DNA of 64,000 nucleotides from Candidatus Eiseniibacteriota bacterium (GCA_963762255.1 CAVXKA010000001.1:1391222-1455221); one strand, 5' to 3'; positions 8,764-19,130 are shown, numbered from the stretch's first letter. The notes: generated by a model from the sequence alone, not told the origin. Numbers and translations: made by a program.

Positions 8764-9243
8764 ATGAAGAAACCGAATGGCGAGATGGGTGGCCACGGGG
8801 CGACGGGCTGTCCGACGACGTGTACCCTTGAGCCTCTGAAGTCAAGGACTGAGATCCTGACCAACTACTCGCGCTGCAGCACCCACCGTCGCATATTCAC
8901 AAATCAGCATGAAGAAGTAATCTGCCCACGTTGTTCGCGGTTGCCCCGTGAATACTACCAGCTTGATCGTGGACTGATGTTCAGCTGCGAACGCGAACAC
9001 CTGTGGGACCCATGCACCAAGGATCTTCGGCCAACTCTTGTCCGACGCATGAAGTGCGATGTCTGTGAATATGTCTCCGATTCATGTCCCGAATGTGAGT
9101 CGATGGCCATTGCTTGGTGGCGCGTCAGCACATCTGTGCGCGGCAAAACCAGCGAGGAACTTGCGTTCTTTGAGTGCTTTCAAGGTCACCGGTGGATCGG
9201 TTGTCCCGATTGCGGGGAGACACGAGACTTCGAGTGCTACTAG
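8764..9243 (+). CDS. Cys/His-rich multi-zinc-ribbon hypothetical protein (track start 8596)
   Basis: Eight paired ligand motifs: CPTTC, CSTH, CPRC, CEREH, CDVC, CPEC, CFQGH, CPDC. Confidence 0.55.
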   Translation: MKKPNGEMGGHGATGCPTTCTLEPLKSRTEILTNYSRCSTHRRIFTNQHEEVICPRCSRLPREYYQLDRGLMFSCEREHLWDPCTKDLRPTLVRRMKCDVCEYVSDSCPECESMAIAWWRVSTSVRGKTSEELAFFECFQGHRWIGCPDCGETRDFECY

Positions 9244-9427
9244 AATAACTGCATGGCTGCGGAGAAGCTGATCGGATGACAATACCTGCATGCCTTGACT
9301 TGCTTGTAGCTCCTGACTGGCATGCCACCCCGATCTTTGGTCCGGCGGTGGGCGGCATCCTCGATGCGACGGGTATCGCTGATGCACTCGAAGTGGCCGC
9401 CAGCCGCACGAACGAGACGCGGGTGGC

Positions 9428-12400
9428 CTAGCGCCTCTTGGCCCGCTGCTTGACGGGACGCGGTCGCGACGCTGTCGCCACCGCCGCGCGCTCGCCTGCG
9501 ATCTGGAATGCGCCCGGCCAGCCACCGTGCTGCTCGATGACCTCGTCGATCTTCTGCATCAGACGAATAGTCTCAGCGAGGGCGACGACAATCTTCTGAT
9601 AGTGGGCGATCTCTGCCTTGGAAAGCGTGCGGCCTTTGCGGTCCTTGAGCCACTTCTCGCACACTTGGTAGCCGCCGACGTGGAAGTTCCAAACGTCCCC
9701 GGGCACGCCGCAGAACCCAATCGTGCCGGGCGTGGCGGGCTGGCCCTTCTTCGTCGCGGTGGCATCGAGCCAGACAGTGCCCTCCGACCAGCCGACCCGG
9801 CCGACTTCGGGGTTCTTCGGACCTGAGTAGTTAGTGATGAGGTGATCGAGCTTCGGTGAGTCCATCAGGTGTAGGGCCACGAGTGTGGAGCCGAGTTGGA
9901 TGAGCTCGCGGTTCAGCGCAGGAGACGAAGGCCGAGGCACCCTCGCGTAGTCCCGTTGGAGCTCCCCTTGAAACCGGCGGCGATACTCTGGCGAGAAGAG
10001 CACCGCGTAGATCGTGTAGAGCATCTCCTCCGCTGTGTGGACATCGAGGCGACTTGTCCAATCCGCATACACAGCAGGGGCAATGTTTGCATGCCCTCTA
10101 TCTCCGGAGGCTGTCTTGAACAACGGCGTGTCATCTTGAACTCCAGTTAGGTACAGCGGGAACACCTGCGTGTTGCGATCGTGAGTAGCGGCTTTGTATT
10201 CCACAAGCCCTCGGCAAACGAGCACGTTGTCATACGGTTTCCCGGTTACGCGACGGGTTGAAAGCAGAGCAAGGCTGCCAGCGAGCAGATGCTTCATGAC
10301 CTCTTGGCGCGGTTCGCCAATGATCAACGGGTGATAGACGACGTACCGCATATCGAATGGGCGATAGAGGATCGGGCGAATACACGACTCAGCATCTTTC
10401 AGCGTCGTCTCAGCACGTGCTCGATCGAAGTCAAAATGCGAGCTTGAACACAAACTGAACCGCTCTCCCAGACTTCGCCGCGACTCGGCCTTGTCGAAGA
10501 AAATCTCTAGGTTGTTGCGGAGCTCGGCCCGGGTGAACGCAATCGCCAGTGAGTCGTGCCGGGTCGCGAGGGCTGCGCCGTTGAATGGAAGTGGTCTTCC
10601 GCTCCGGATTCCGCCTGCAAAAACGTCCGGAAGTGAAAGCCACGACTCCCATGCAGCTGAGGTGTCAGTGAAGGTGGGCTGGAAGTAGCGCTGTGGGGCG
10701 ATGGGAGACAGTCTCTCGAATGCAACCGTTCCCAATCTGCTGGACGCCAGCCACAGAGCCTTCTCATCACGAGATCCTCGCACAGCTGCAAGGTCCACGA
10801 GCCGCTCAGTCTTGCCAATCGTACTTCCCAAGAAGATGGCTACCCCTTGCTGAATATCGAAGACGTTCTGGTCGGCCGCTGTTGCGTCCACTCGACGGGA
10901 ATTGCCTCCAAGATCCGTTAGTCGAATGACCCGGTAACACCCCATCAGGTCGGCGCGCATGTCCCGGAATAGGGGACCGTCTAGGTAGCTGTTGTCCGTG
11001 ATCATTCCTAAGACATAGCTCCCCGCACTCTCCAAGATTGTGGAAGCGAGGCACATAAACTTGACGTAATCGTTGGATAGAGCTTGCCGTTGGATCTCTT
11101 CGGTCTTGATAGTCGTCTTGTAACGCTCCATCAAAGAGTCGATCCATTCACCCTGATTCTGGGAAAGCTTCGCGTAGGGCGGATTGCCGATCACCACAGT
11201 AAACCGCTGCTTCCGCTTGATCTCGTTGACCGCTTGCGCCTCGTGGGCGAGCGCCGGCAGAAAGTCTAAGGTAAGTTGTCTGCTGCTCGCAGGCTCCAGC
11301 GCGTTGGTCAGGTATACCCGCGCCCGCTCGTCGCTACCGAAACGGTAGCCCGTCTCGTAAAGCTTCAACCCAATTTTGAGATGCGCGATGGCGTAGGGGG
11401 CCATCAAGAGCTCGTAGCCGTGCAGGCGCGGTAGGAGGTGCCGGGGCACGTACTCGTTCCACAAGGCCTCAATCTTCTTATCGCTTTGGCCATGGGCGTT
11501 CCAGTTGGCGAGCAGAGTCTTGTGGATGAGGTCGATGGCTTCGACTAGGAACGTACCCGTGCCGGTGGCGGGATCGAGGATCTGGACGAAGGCATGGTCG
11601 GGGGAAACGCCCTCGGGGATCTTGATGTCCTTGTGGCGCCTAGCCATCTCCCCCCAGGTAGTGATATCGGCGAGTCCGTCGGTGAGGCCGAACTCGCTTC
11701 GCAGTAGCTCGTCCACCGAGCGCACGATGTAAGAGACCACCGGCCGCGGTGTGTAGAAGACGCCGCGTTGCATCCGCTTCTTAGCATCATATTCCTTGAG
11801 GAAGAGCTCGTAGAAGTGGATGACCGGGTCTTCCTGCGGGTTTCGGTCGCCGAAGTCGCGGACGACAGCTTCCATGTGAGTGTTCGGGTCGTCGAGCAGC
11901 TCAACAACCTCGTTCACACCCAGCTCGTCGAAGTCGATGCCCGGCCCACCTGCCTTGCCCCGCCGTCCGCCAACGTGGAGGAAGGTCTCCATCAGCTCCT
12001 TGAGGAACGGATTGGTCCGCATGTGGCCCGCGAAATCGTCTACCGTCTTCTTGTGGGGGTCTGCGATGCGGGCCGAGAGCAGGCCGTAGGCAATGGTCTG
12101 GGCATACATGTCAGCGAAGCCGCCGTCGTCGAGGTCGTGGATCAACGCCTCCTGGAAAGCCTTCCTCAGCTTGGTGACGGGGCCGTGCTCGGTCTCAATG
12201 GCGAGGACGGTGTGGATGCGGTCGCGGATCCTCCTTGCCAGCTTCGCCAACTCCACGGCCAGGGCCTTCGAGGTCTTGATGACCTCATCGGGCCGTAGAG
12301 TGAAGGCCGATCGCCACTTCTCGCGCCACCGGTCGATGTTGGATTCGTCCTCTGGCCACGAAAGTTTCGTGGCAAGCTCGGTGGCTACGCCATCGAGATG

Positions 12401-12880
12401 AAGCGCGGTATCGCGATCGTTCCACCCGAGCACCTTCAGGATCGGGAGGTCGGCCTTGGCTCTGTCCTGCGAGAAATGCGCGAAGCTAATCTGGCGCTCA
12501 TCGCCCTCGCCGTAATTGGAGACGAAGAGCAGGTCGTCGGCTGCCCAGGCGGTGCGCTCGGCGCTGTTGGCCGAGGCGCGTTTCTTGAGTGCAACCTGGC
12601 TTAGAATGCGGCGCAGCGCGACGATGGGAAGCTTCTTCGGTTCGAACTTGATGAAGAAGATGCCCCACGGCTGGCGGGGCGAGAGCGGGCGCAGCCGTTT
12701 GATCTCTTGGATCTTGGCGGCGCTCGCTGCGTCGATACCCAGCTCCTCTGGCGTGTACTCGAAGGTCAGCTCCTCGAAGCTCTCCTGACTGATTGGCCAG
12801 CCAATCTCGTCGCGTAAGTAGGCGATGAGTTGGTCAAACCGCTTGATTTTCGCGAGTACAGCGCGGTGGTCGGTCGGCAT
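9428..12880 (-). CDS. Type ISP/IIG-like N6-adenine methyltransferase with C-terminal specificity domain
   Basis: GVFYTPRPVV, ILDPATGTGTFL, VIGNPPY; C-terminal WNFHVGGYQVCEKWLKDRKGR typical of the type ISP C-terminal domain; no helicase motifs within this ORF. Confidence 0.85.
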   Translation of the reverse strand: MPTDHRAVLAKIKRFDQLIAYLRDEIGWPISQESFEELTFEYTPEELGIDAASAAKIQEIKRLRPLSPRQPWGIFFIKFEPKKLPIVALRRILSQVALKKRASANSAERTAWAADDLLFVSNYGEGDERQISFAHFSQDRAKADLPILKVLGWNDRDTALHLDGVATELATKLSWPEDESNIDRWREKWRSAFTLRPDEVIKTSKALAVELAKLARRIRDRIHTVLAIETEHGPVTKLRKAFQEALIHDLDDGGFADMYAQTIAYGLLSARIADPHKKTVDDFAGHMRTNPFLKELMETFLHVGGRRGKAGGPGIDFDELGVNEVVELLDDPNTHMEAVVRDFGDRNPQEDPVIHFYELFLKEYDAKKRMQRGVFYTPRPVVSYIVRSVDELLRSEFGLTDGLADITTWGEMARRHKDIKIPEGVSPDHAFVQILDPATGTGTFLVEAIDLIHKTLLANWNAHGQSDKKIEALWNEYVPRHLLPRLHGYELLMAPYAIAHLKIGLKLYETGYRFGSDERARVYLTNALEPASSRQLTLDFLPALAHEAQAVNEIKRKQRFTVVIGNPPYAKLSQNQGEWIDSLMERYKTTIKTEEIQRQALSNDYVKFMCLASTILESAGSYVLGMITDNSYLDGPLFRDMRADLMGCYRVIRLTDLGGNSRRVDATAADQNVFDIQQGVAIFLGSTIGKTERLVDLAAVRGSRDEKALWLASSRLGTVAFERLSPIAPQRYFQPTFTDTSAAWESWLSLPDVFAGGIRSGRPLPFNGAALATRHDSLAIAFTRAELRNNLEIFFDKAESRRSLGERFSLCSSSHFDFDRARAETTLKDAESCIRPILYRPFDMRYVVYHPLIIGEPRQEVMKHLLAGSLALLSTRRVTGKPYDNVLVCRGLVEYKAATHDRNTQVFPLYLTGVQDDTPLFKTASGDRGHANIAPAVYADWTSRLDVHTAEEMLYTIYAVLFSPEYRRRFQGELQRDYARVPRPSSPALNRELIQLGSTLVALHLMDSPKLDHLITNYSGPKNPEVGRVGWSEGTVWLDATATKKGQPATPGTIGFCGVPGDVWNFHVGGYQVCEKWLKDRKGRTLSKAEIAHYQKIVVALAETIRLMQKIDEVIEQHGGWPGAFQIAGERAAVATASRPRPVKQRAKRR

Positions 12881-12884
12881 CTGT

Positions 12885-15800
12885 TCAGCCCTCGTTGAGT
12901 TCCATCCAACACTTGAGCGCCGGTTTCACGCCGACAGGGGCGTCGACGCGCTTCAGGTAGGTGTTCTTGATGTGCTTCTCGATCCTCCCTCGGAGCTCGA
13001 CAAGGGTCAGCTCATCTGTGGTGCACTTTCGCGGGGTGTCGGGGTTGGAGCGGATGCCGGCGACGATCTCACCCGGCTCTTCGAGGATGGCGTCGCGGTC
13101 AAGGTCGTAGAGGTACCAGCGCGTCGTGCCGGCCGCTTCGGTGAACTCGCCTGCTTCCTTGTCGAGTGCGGGGAGCGCGTAACAGAAGAAGACCCCACGA
13201 GCGCCCTTGGTCGGGCGTTTCCGCCCGCTGAAGGTGGCGCCGGGCAGGCGCTTGAGACGCGCCTCCAGCTCGGGGTCGGCCTGGAGCAACGACTGGTACT
13301 CGAGGTGCATGTCCTCAACTGCTGTCTTGGTGCCTTCGTAGGCATGGTTGAACTCCCTCAGGGCGTCGTAGTCATCTTCTGGCGTAAGCAGCTTCTTGCC
13401 TTCGATGCCGAGGGTCTTGGAGATCAGTAGGGTCTTCTGCGTGACCTTGGTGTAGAGAGTCAGGATCACATTCAGATCCTCGGGCGGCAGGAAGTTCCAG
13501 AAGGTGACCTTGCCGCGGGACGGCGCAAGCTCCGGGTGATCGTCGAGGAGCCGCTTCTCGACCTCGGGATTCATGCGCCGGTCCACGCGGCCGATGCGCT
13601 GCATCAGACGCACGGGGTTCCAATGAATGTCGTAGTTGATCATCCGCGAGGCGTCCTGGAGGTTTAGGCCTTCGGAAAGGACATCGGTAGAGATTAGGAT
13701 GCGGATCTCCCCGCGACCTTTCTCAGCAAGCGCCGCGGCAGAAATGCCGTTGTAGTAAGGGGAGAAGCACTGGATCACGTCGGCCCGGTTTCGCTTGGAG
13801 GCACTGTCGACCTGGGCGACACCATCGATGCCAGCCCCATCAAGCTGGCCCTTCAGGTAGCGGGCGGTGTCGGCGAACTCGGTGAAGATGAGAACCTTCT
13901 GACCAGCCAGTTCCTTGCTCTTGAGCAGGCGAATGAGCTTCTGCAACTTGTCGTCATGCTTGGGTTCGAACCTCCGGGCTTCCTCGAGAAAATGGACTAG
14001 TTGAGCCAAGTCCCGGAAGGTCTCAGTCAGCATTGCCGGGATGTCGTACTCCTCGCGGTTGAGCCTCTCTACGGTCGCAAGTATTTCCTGAGGAACAACG
14101 TCCTCGTCCTCGGACTCCTCTTCATCGCTGCCCCAGAGTTCCATCTGACGATGCACCGCATAGCCGAGAATCTCCGCGTTGTCGATCTTCCACTGCTCGA
14201 GCTTCCTCCTTTCGATGTCGGTCTCGCTGTGGATTATCAAGAAGGCGAGCAGCTTCTGTAGTAGCCGATCACAGGACAACTCAAAGGCGGTGACGGAGCT
14301 CTCGAACCTCTTAAGAAAGTTGGTTCGGATCAGGCCCACGACCTGCTTCTGCCGGTTCTGCTCGAAGGAGTCAATATCCTTGTCCGGCCCCTTGTACCAG
14401 TAGAGCGGGTAGTACATGGCCAGGGTGAAGAGCGGGTGCTTTCGGGTGAAGGCGTTCTCGAACATGTCTAGCAGCCTGCCGTAGGTCTTGCGGATTGAGT
14501 ACGCAGCGACCTGAGGTGGCCGGCGCTCAGGGAAGGCAGTGGTCCTTCCGGACTCTCGGATCTGGCTCTCCTGCGCGTAGGCGCGACTGCGCTGGACGAC
14601 GAGGTGCCGGAAAATCTCATCCTTGGCCAGGATCTCCTGGGCCTCGGTCATGTTCTCAGCAACGTCGGTGAGGTCGTGCCCGAGGATCTGCCTGAGCGCC
14701 TTCTCCATGTTGTTGAAGCGCGCACTCAGGTTGTTCACTCCGAGGGTGCGGCCGAAGTACGCCTCGTCGCGCCGCGTGAAGAGTTCCGCCATGTGGCGGA
14801 AGTCGCTCAGACGGTTATTGATCGGTGTGGCGGTGAGCATGAAGAGCGTCTTGGGCCGCGCCGCGCAGTCGAGCAGGTCGTAGAGTTGGTAGTACCGGGA
14901 GGGGTCAGTCCCTTCGTCCGGGTCGCCCCGGCGTCCCGGATTGCGGAAGTGATGAGCCTCGTCGATGATCACGACATCGGCTAGATCCGCGATCCGCCGG
15001 AATCGCTCGGGGAAGTCCCCCTTGCGGCCGAGGTCTGTGTGGCTGAAGACCGCGAGGTTGCTGAAGTCGGCGTTCCCCCCGACGCCCCCGATGTGCGAGA
15101 GCCACTCGCGCAGGTGCGGCTCCCACACGCCCTCCTTGGTCGCCTTGGGAGCAAAGAGCACCACGCGCTTGCCTTCGTGCAGCACCAGCCGCTCGATCAG
15201 CATCAAGCCCACGAAGGTCTTGCCGAGACCGACACCGTCGCAAAGGAAGGCACCGCCGTGCTGGCGCGCGATCTTCATCAGTGCCCAGTAGGCCTCCTTC
15301 TGATAGCGATCGAGCCTGGGAAACATCTTTGAGCGGGTCTCGTCCCACTCGGTTGCTGTCAGCTCGTGCCCTCGGAAGTACTCCTGGAGCGCCTTGGCGT
15401 AGATGTCGAACGGGGTATAGAGCTGGGTGTGGCGCGAAATGGTGTCGATGACGGCGTCGGTCACCTCGCTGGCATCGATCCAGTGTGCCTCGAACCACTC
15501 TTGGAGCTGGGCGACCTCGCGAGCACTCTGGACCTGAATGTTGAGCTCGATGTTCTTGGTGAGGCCGGGAGCGGTGAAGTTGCTCGAGCCCACCAACGCC
15601 TGCGAACCGACCACTTCGAGCTTGGCGTGCGTGATATAGGCTTTCGCATGGAACTTCTCACGGTCGTAAACGCGGCACTCGATCTGCCTCGATTGGAGTG
15701 CCTTGAGGATCGCCGGAACGCCGTGGAGGAAGGGGTTGGTTTCCTTGTCGGCCTCGATGCTCCCGTCGAGGATCTCTACGGCGCGCGAGCGCACGGCATC

Positions 15801-16034
15801 GAGGAGCGCCTTGCGGGTGCGATGCGTCATCTCGGCGCCCATCAGAATCCGGATCTTCTCCAGCGGCTGCCACTGTCCGTCGAGGGCAAGCAGCGCACCG
15901 ATTTCGAAGTAGCCCGTCGCGATATCGAACCCCTTGGCGATGCCGGACCACTCCTTGAGGTAGCGGAGCCCGGTCCACCCGGAGACGCTGTTGTCGACGA
16001 TGAAAAGGTCGCGGCCTTTGGAGTCAGTGGTCAT
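12885..16034 (-). CDS. PLD-nuclease / SNF2-like helicase fusion
   Basis: FHAKAYI...GSSNFT (HKD-type PLD motif), DGVGLGKT, IIDEAHHFRN, LTATPINN, STDVLSEGLNLQDA, NPVRLMQRIGRVDR. Confidence 0.9.
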   Translation of the reverse strand: MTTDSKGRDLFIVDNSVSGWTGLRYLKEWSGIAKGFDIATGYFEIGALLALDGQWQPLEKIRILMGAEMTHRTRKALLDAVRSRAVEILDGSIEADKETNPFLHGVPAILKALQSRQIECRVYDREKFHAKAYITHAKLEVVGSQALVGSSNFTAPGLTKNIELNIQVQSAREVAQLQEWFEAHWIDASEVTDAVIDTISRHTQLYTPFDIYAKALQEYFRGHELTATEWDETRSKMFPRLDRYQKEAYWALMKIARQHGGAFLCDGVGLGKTFVGLMLIERLVLHEGKRVVLFAPKATKEGVWEPHLREWLSHIGGVGGNADFSNLAVFSHTDLGRKGDFPERFRRIADLADVVIIDEAHHFRNPGRRGDPDEGTDPSRYYQLYDLLDCAARPKTLFMLTATPINNRLSDFRHMAELFTRRDEAYFGRTLGVNNLSARFNNMEKALRQILGHDLTDVAENMTEAQEILAKDEIFRHLVVQRSRAYAQESQIRESGRTTAFPERRPPQVAAYSIRKTYGRLLDMFENAFTRKHPLFTLAMYYPLYWYKGPDKDIDSFEQNRQKQVVGLIRTNFLKRFESSVTAFELSCDRLLQKLLAFLIIHSETDIERRKLEQWKIDNAEILGYAVHRQMELWGSDEEESEDEDVVPQEILATVERLNREEYDIPAMLTETFRDLAQLVHFLEEARRFEPKHDDKLQKLIRLLKSKELAGQKVLIFTEFADTARYLKGQLDGAGIDGVAQVDSASKRNRADVIQCFSPYYNGISAAALAEKGRGEIRILISTDVLSEGLNLQDASRMINYDIHWNPVRLMQRIGRVDRRMNPEVEKRLLDDHPELAPSRGKVTFWNFLPPEDLNVILTLYTKVTQKTLLISKTLGIEGKKLLTPEDDYDALREFNHAYEGTKTAVEDMHLEYQSLLQADPELEARLKRLPGATFSGRKRPTKGARGVFFCYALPALDKEAGEFTEAAGTTRWYLYDLDRDAILEEPGEIVAGIRSNPDTPRKCTTDELTLVELRGRIEKHIKNTYLKRVDAPVGVKPALKCWMELNEG

Positions 16035-16172
16035 CGTGATCCCTCATCGAAGTGGGGCCTCGCCGGGGACGCCCAACATATGACTCGGCGGCGGGAGCCA
16101 CCACACCGGATGCGCCATCTACCTCGCAGGCTCCGGGGCTGACGGGGCGATGTCGGCAGTGGCTGAACAACA

Positions 16173-16784
16173 TCACCGACCCAGAGGAGCCGCACGTCCA
16201 TGACGACGGGCTGGTCTCGCAATCGACGGAACTACCTTGATGAAGACAAGGTAGAGAAGAACGACGACGACAATAATGACCGCGACCCACTTGTCGATGG
16301 TGGCGTGGTGGAACAGGCCCATTAGCGCAGCGATGAAGAAAGCGACTGGGAGCGCCTTTGTTGGCAGTGTGACGCGGAGATCGGTCCCGGGGCCAGCGTT
16401 CTGGGCGAGCCGCTGCCAGACTATGATCAGCATCCAGTAGGCTGATAGCGTTGCCCAGAAGAGAGTGTGGAGAGGCCACTTGTCCATCCACGAGATGTTC
16501 GCGCCAGAGCCGAAGAAGCTATCTTTGGGCGTCAGAAACGTGAGTGCTAACAGGAGGAGCACGAAGTTCGTAAGATCGATTAACTTCATTCCAAGAGAGT
16601 AGAGTGTCTTTTCGACCGGATGGTCTTCGATCAGGTTTGAGGTGTAGACCGTATCATTGAACACTAGAAGCGCCACGACAGCAGCGAGGCATATGCCGGT
16701 TGCGTCACGCGCGGCGAAGGCCATAAAGAACTGGCGCATCGCGGCAATGAACGCAATGCCGAATATGATGTTATAGAACGTCAT
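16173..16784 (-). CDS. Hypothetical multi-pass membrane protein
   Basis: About six hydrophobic segments; GGAGG upstream; lower GC than flanks. Confidence 0.65.
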   Translation of the reverse strand: MTFYNIIFGIAFIAAMRQFFMAFAARDATGICLAAVVALLVFNDTVYTSNLIEDHPVEKTLYSLGMKLIDLTNFVLLLLALTFLTPKDSFFGSGANISWMDKWPLHTLFWATLSAYWMLIIVWQRLAQNAGPGTDLRVTLPTKALPVAFFIAALMGLFHHATIDKWVAVIIVVVVLLYLVFIKVVPSIARPARRHGRAAPLGR

Positions 16785-16951
16785 CTTCTGGTGGCCTCCC
16801 TATCCTATCTCTTGCCGGCGGGGCCTCGTGGGTTGTGGTCCGAACTTGCGAGGCGGGGGGAACGCCTTGCGCCCGTGGAAATTACTCGGGTTGCGGGGGG
16901 TGAGTCAAGCGAAGCGGGCGCTTCGCCCCGTGGGCCGGTTAGGCGCGCTGG

Positions 16952-17536
16952 TCAGCAGACGAGATCCCGCACCCTGCCAAACAGCTCCTCATCGTCGACG
17001 TTGGTGTAGATGGTGGTTGTGAGCGGCGACGCGTGCCTCGCGAACCGTTGGGCGAGGAAGAGGTCGTGGGACATCCGGTAGACAGAAGTTATTGCGGCGT
17101 GTCGAAGTGCATGGAACCCGTAGAAGCGGTCGAACCCCGCGCGCTCCTGCCAGGTCTTGAAGGTCATCTGGACGCGGCGTTTGGAGATGCGGTGGCCGGA
17201 CTGATTGCAGAAGAGGGGCGACGAAGGCGTCAACGACTCACCCGACCTCACCTTGTACCCCCAGGACCTCACGAGCTTCGGCCCCAGGGCGTCCGGCAGG
17301 AACACGTCGCCGGCGCGGCCGCCCTTGGCGATCTCTTTGCGCAGTCGAATCCGTGAGCGCGGCCGACCGTCCGACGTGAACACATCGCCCACGTTCAGGC
17401 CGACGATCTCCGACAAGCGAAGTCCGGTTCCCAGCGCCAGCGAAAAGATCAGGTGGTCGCGGGGATGCGAGGCCGAAACCGCAAGCAGGGATTGCTGTTC
17501 AGAGCGGGTCAGGGTCGCGGGACTCAGGTAGGGCAT
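16952..17536 (-). CDS. Small tyrosine recombinase (catalytic domain only)
   Basis: R (GLRLSE), K (AKGGR), HALRH, FARH, Y (TTTIY) all present in 194 aa; GGAGG RBS. Confidence 0.9.
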   Translation of the reverse strand: MPYLSPATLTRSEQQSLLAVSASHPRDHLIFSLALGTGLRLSEIVGLNVGDVFTSDGRPRSRIRLRKEIAKGGRAGDVFLPDALGPKLVRSWGYKVRSGESLTPSSPLFCNQSGHRISKRRVQMTFKTWQERAGFDRFYGFHALRHAAITSVYRMSHDLFLAQRFARHASPLTTTIYTNVDDEELFGRVRDLVC

Positions 17537-17560
17537 CGGTTACCTCCGAGGACATTGGGC

Positions 17561-17593
17561 AGCCGAGACGCGACGGGGTCAAGGGGAACCGGG
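17561..17593. repeat. 33-bp promoter-like repeat, copy 1
   Basis: AGCCGAGACGCGACGGGGTCAAGGGGAACCGGG; 31/33 identical to 20160-20192; minus strand carries TTGACC-N17-CCCAAT. Confidence 0.75.
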
Positions 17594-17704
17594 GGGTTGA
17601 TGACTCCATCCCGCACTTGATTCACACCAAGCGCCGGAGTAGCTTGAACCTCTCGGCACGCTTCAAGTCTGCTGTTCACGGGTGAGAGACCGCGTTCCTC
17701 AACG

Positions 17705-18994
17705 ATGGAGACTGCCATGTCCCGCAGGCTGATTCCTTCTGCCGCCGGAAGTACTTTCTTGCGTCTGCCCCAGTGCTTCACGCTGGCCGCGCTAATAGTC
17801 TTGCCGCTTGGTTGCGGCGGCGACGAACCCAGCAAGCCGGTTGTGGTCGCCGTGGACCCGGCTACGGCATCCGTGAGAGTGGGCCGTCCGCAACAGTTCA
17901 CGGCCACCGTAACGGGTGCTGAAAACGCGGCAGTGGTGTGGTCCTTGGATGTGGATACCATGGGCGGGACGATCAGCGCATCGGGCGTGTACCTCGCGCC
18001 TATCGGCGTACCAAGCCCGGCGACGACGACGGTACGAGCTACAAGTCAGGCAGACCCCACAAAGAGCGGGACGGCAACGGTGACCGTTGTTCGTGCCGGA
18101 CCCGAGCCCTCCGAGTTCGTACATGTTCGCGCGGGCCGGTTCACGATGGGTGATGGCAGCCCCAGTTCCGGCTGCGGGATCGAGACGCAGGACGTTACCC
18201 TAACGCACGACTTCTACATCGGCCCCACCGAGGTGACGAATCAGCAGTACTTGGAGATGGTCCAGTGGGCCTACGACCAGGGGTACGTGGCTGCCGGGGG
18301 GGGCGTAGTATATGACCGACTGGATTGGAGAACGGCGAAAGAAGCCCCACTCTTGTACATGGCGGCCGTGGGGTCGGAGATCACCTTCTCCGATGGAGTG
18401 TTCTCGCTTCGGGACGCTGGTCACGGGATCAACCCGGATCACCCGGTGAAGGAAGTGACCTGGTATGGGGCGGTGGCGTACTGCGACTGGTTGAGTCTCG
18501 AGGAGGGTCTGTGGCGCGCCTACGATCACACCACCTGGATTTGTAATAGCGGTGATCCCTATTCGGCGAGGGGTTTCCGGTTGCCGACGGAGGCGGAGTG
18601 GGAGTACGTGGCGCAGTACGACGACGAGCGGATCTACCCATGGGGGAATGAATCGCCGAGCTGCGATCGGGCGAACTACTCCAGCTGCAACACCGGCTGG
18701 ACTGCGCCGGTGGGCACGCAGGCCGCCGGGCCCGAGAAGGTGATCGGAGGCAAGGGGCTGTACGACATGGCGGGGAACGTGTGGGAGTGGTGTAACGACT
18801 GGCACGATTGCTTAGGCACGGCGCCGATGGAGAACCCGCCAGGGCCTTCAGCGGGGACCTTTCACGTCTTTCGCGGAGGGTCGTGGGGCAGCGATGTCCA
18901 GTACCTCCCGCGCGCGTACCGGTACCAATTCGGCAACCCACGCTTCAGGAATGCCAACACCGGGTTTCGTGTCGCCAGAACCGTGAATCCCTGA
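17705..18994 (+). CDS. Lipoprotein with an Ig-like domain and an FGE-sulfatase (SUMF1) domain
   Basis: Lipobox-like PLGC; FTMGDG, PTEVTNQQY, PVKEVTWYGAVAYCDW, RLPTEAEWE, GLYDMAGNVWEW, RGGSW, GFRVAR. Confidence 0.9.
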   Translation: METAMSRRLIPSAAGSTFLRLPQCFTLAALIVLPLGCGGDEPSKPVVVAVDPATASVRVGRPQQFTATVTGAENAAVVWSLDVDTMGGTISASGVYLAPIGVPSPATTTVRATSQADPTKSGTATVTVVRAGPEPSEFVHVRAGRFTMGDGSPSSGCGIETQDVTLTHDFYIGPTEVTNQQYLEMVQWAYDQGYVAAGGGVVYDRLDWRTAKEAPLLYMAAVGSEITFSDGVFSLRDAGHGINPDHPVKEVTWYGAVAYCDWLSLEEGLWRAYDHTTWICNSGDPYSARGFRLPTEAEWEYVAQYDDERIYPWGNESPSCDRANYSSCNTGWTAPVGTQAAGPEKVIGGKGLYDMAGNVWEWCNDWHDCLGTAPMENPPGPSAGTFHVFRGGSWGSDVQYLPRAYRYQFGNPRFRNANTGFRVARTVNP

Positions 18995-18996
18995 CT

Positions 18997-19053
18997 CGGC
19001 TCCAGCGCGTCTGGCAGGAACACGTCTTCGGCTCGGCCGCCCTTGGCGATCTC
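18997..19053 (-). pseudogene. Internal fragment of a paralogous tyrosine recombinase
   Basis: Encodes EIAKGGRAEDVFLPDALEP versus EIAKGGRAGDVFLPDALGP in the intact gene (17284-17335). Confidence 0.8.
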
Positions 19054-19130
19054 GCAGATCTGCGCCCGCCGACAGCCCGACCCGTCCTCACGGTGGCGAG
19101 ACCTGGGGGGGAGACCCGGAAAAGTCTTAC

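Noticed and set aside
16069-16170. attC site upstream of the helicase (GTTGGGC on minus); likewise GTTAGGC at 16938
   Set aside because: Only an R' box is present, with no matching R'' box or complementary arm.
18880-18994. FGE-domain C-terminus as a diversity-generating retroelement variable repeat
   Set aside because: No template repeat or reverse transcriptase is visible in the window.
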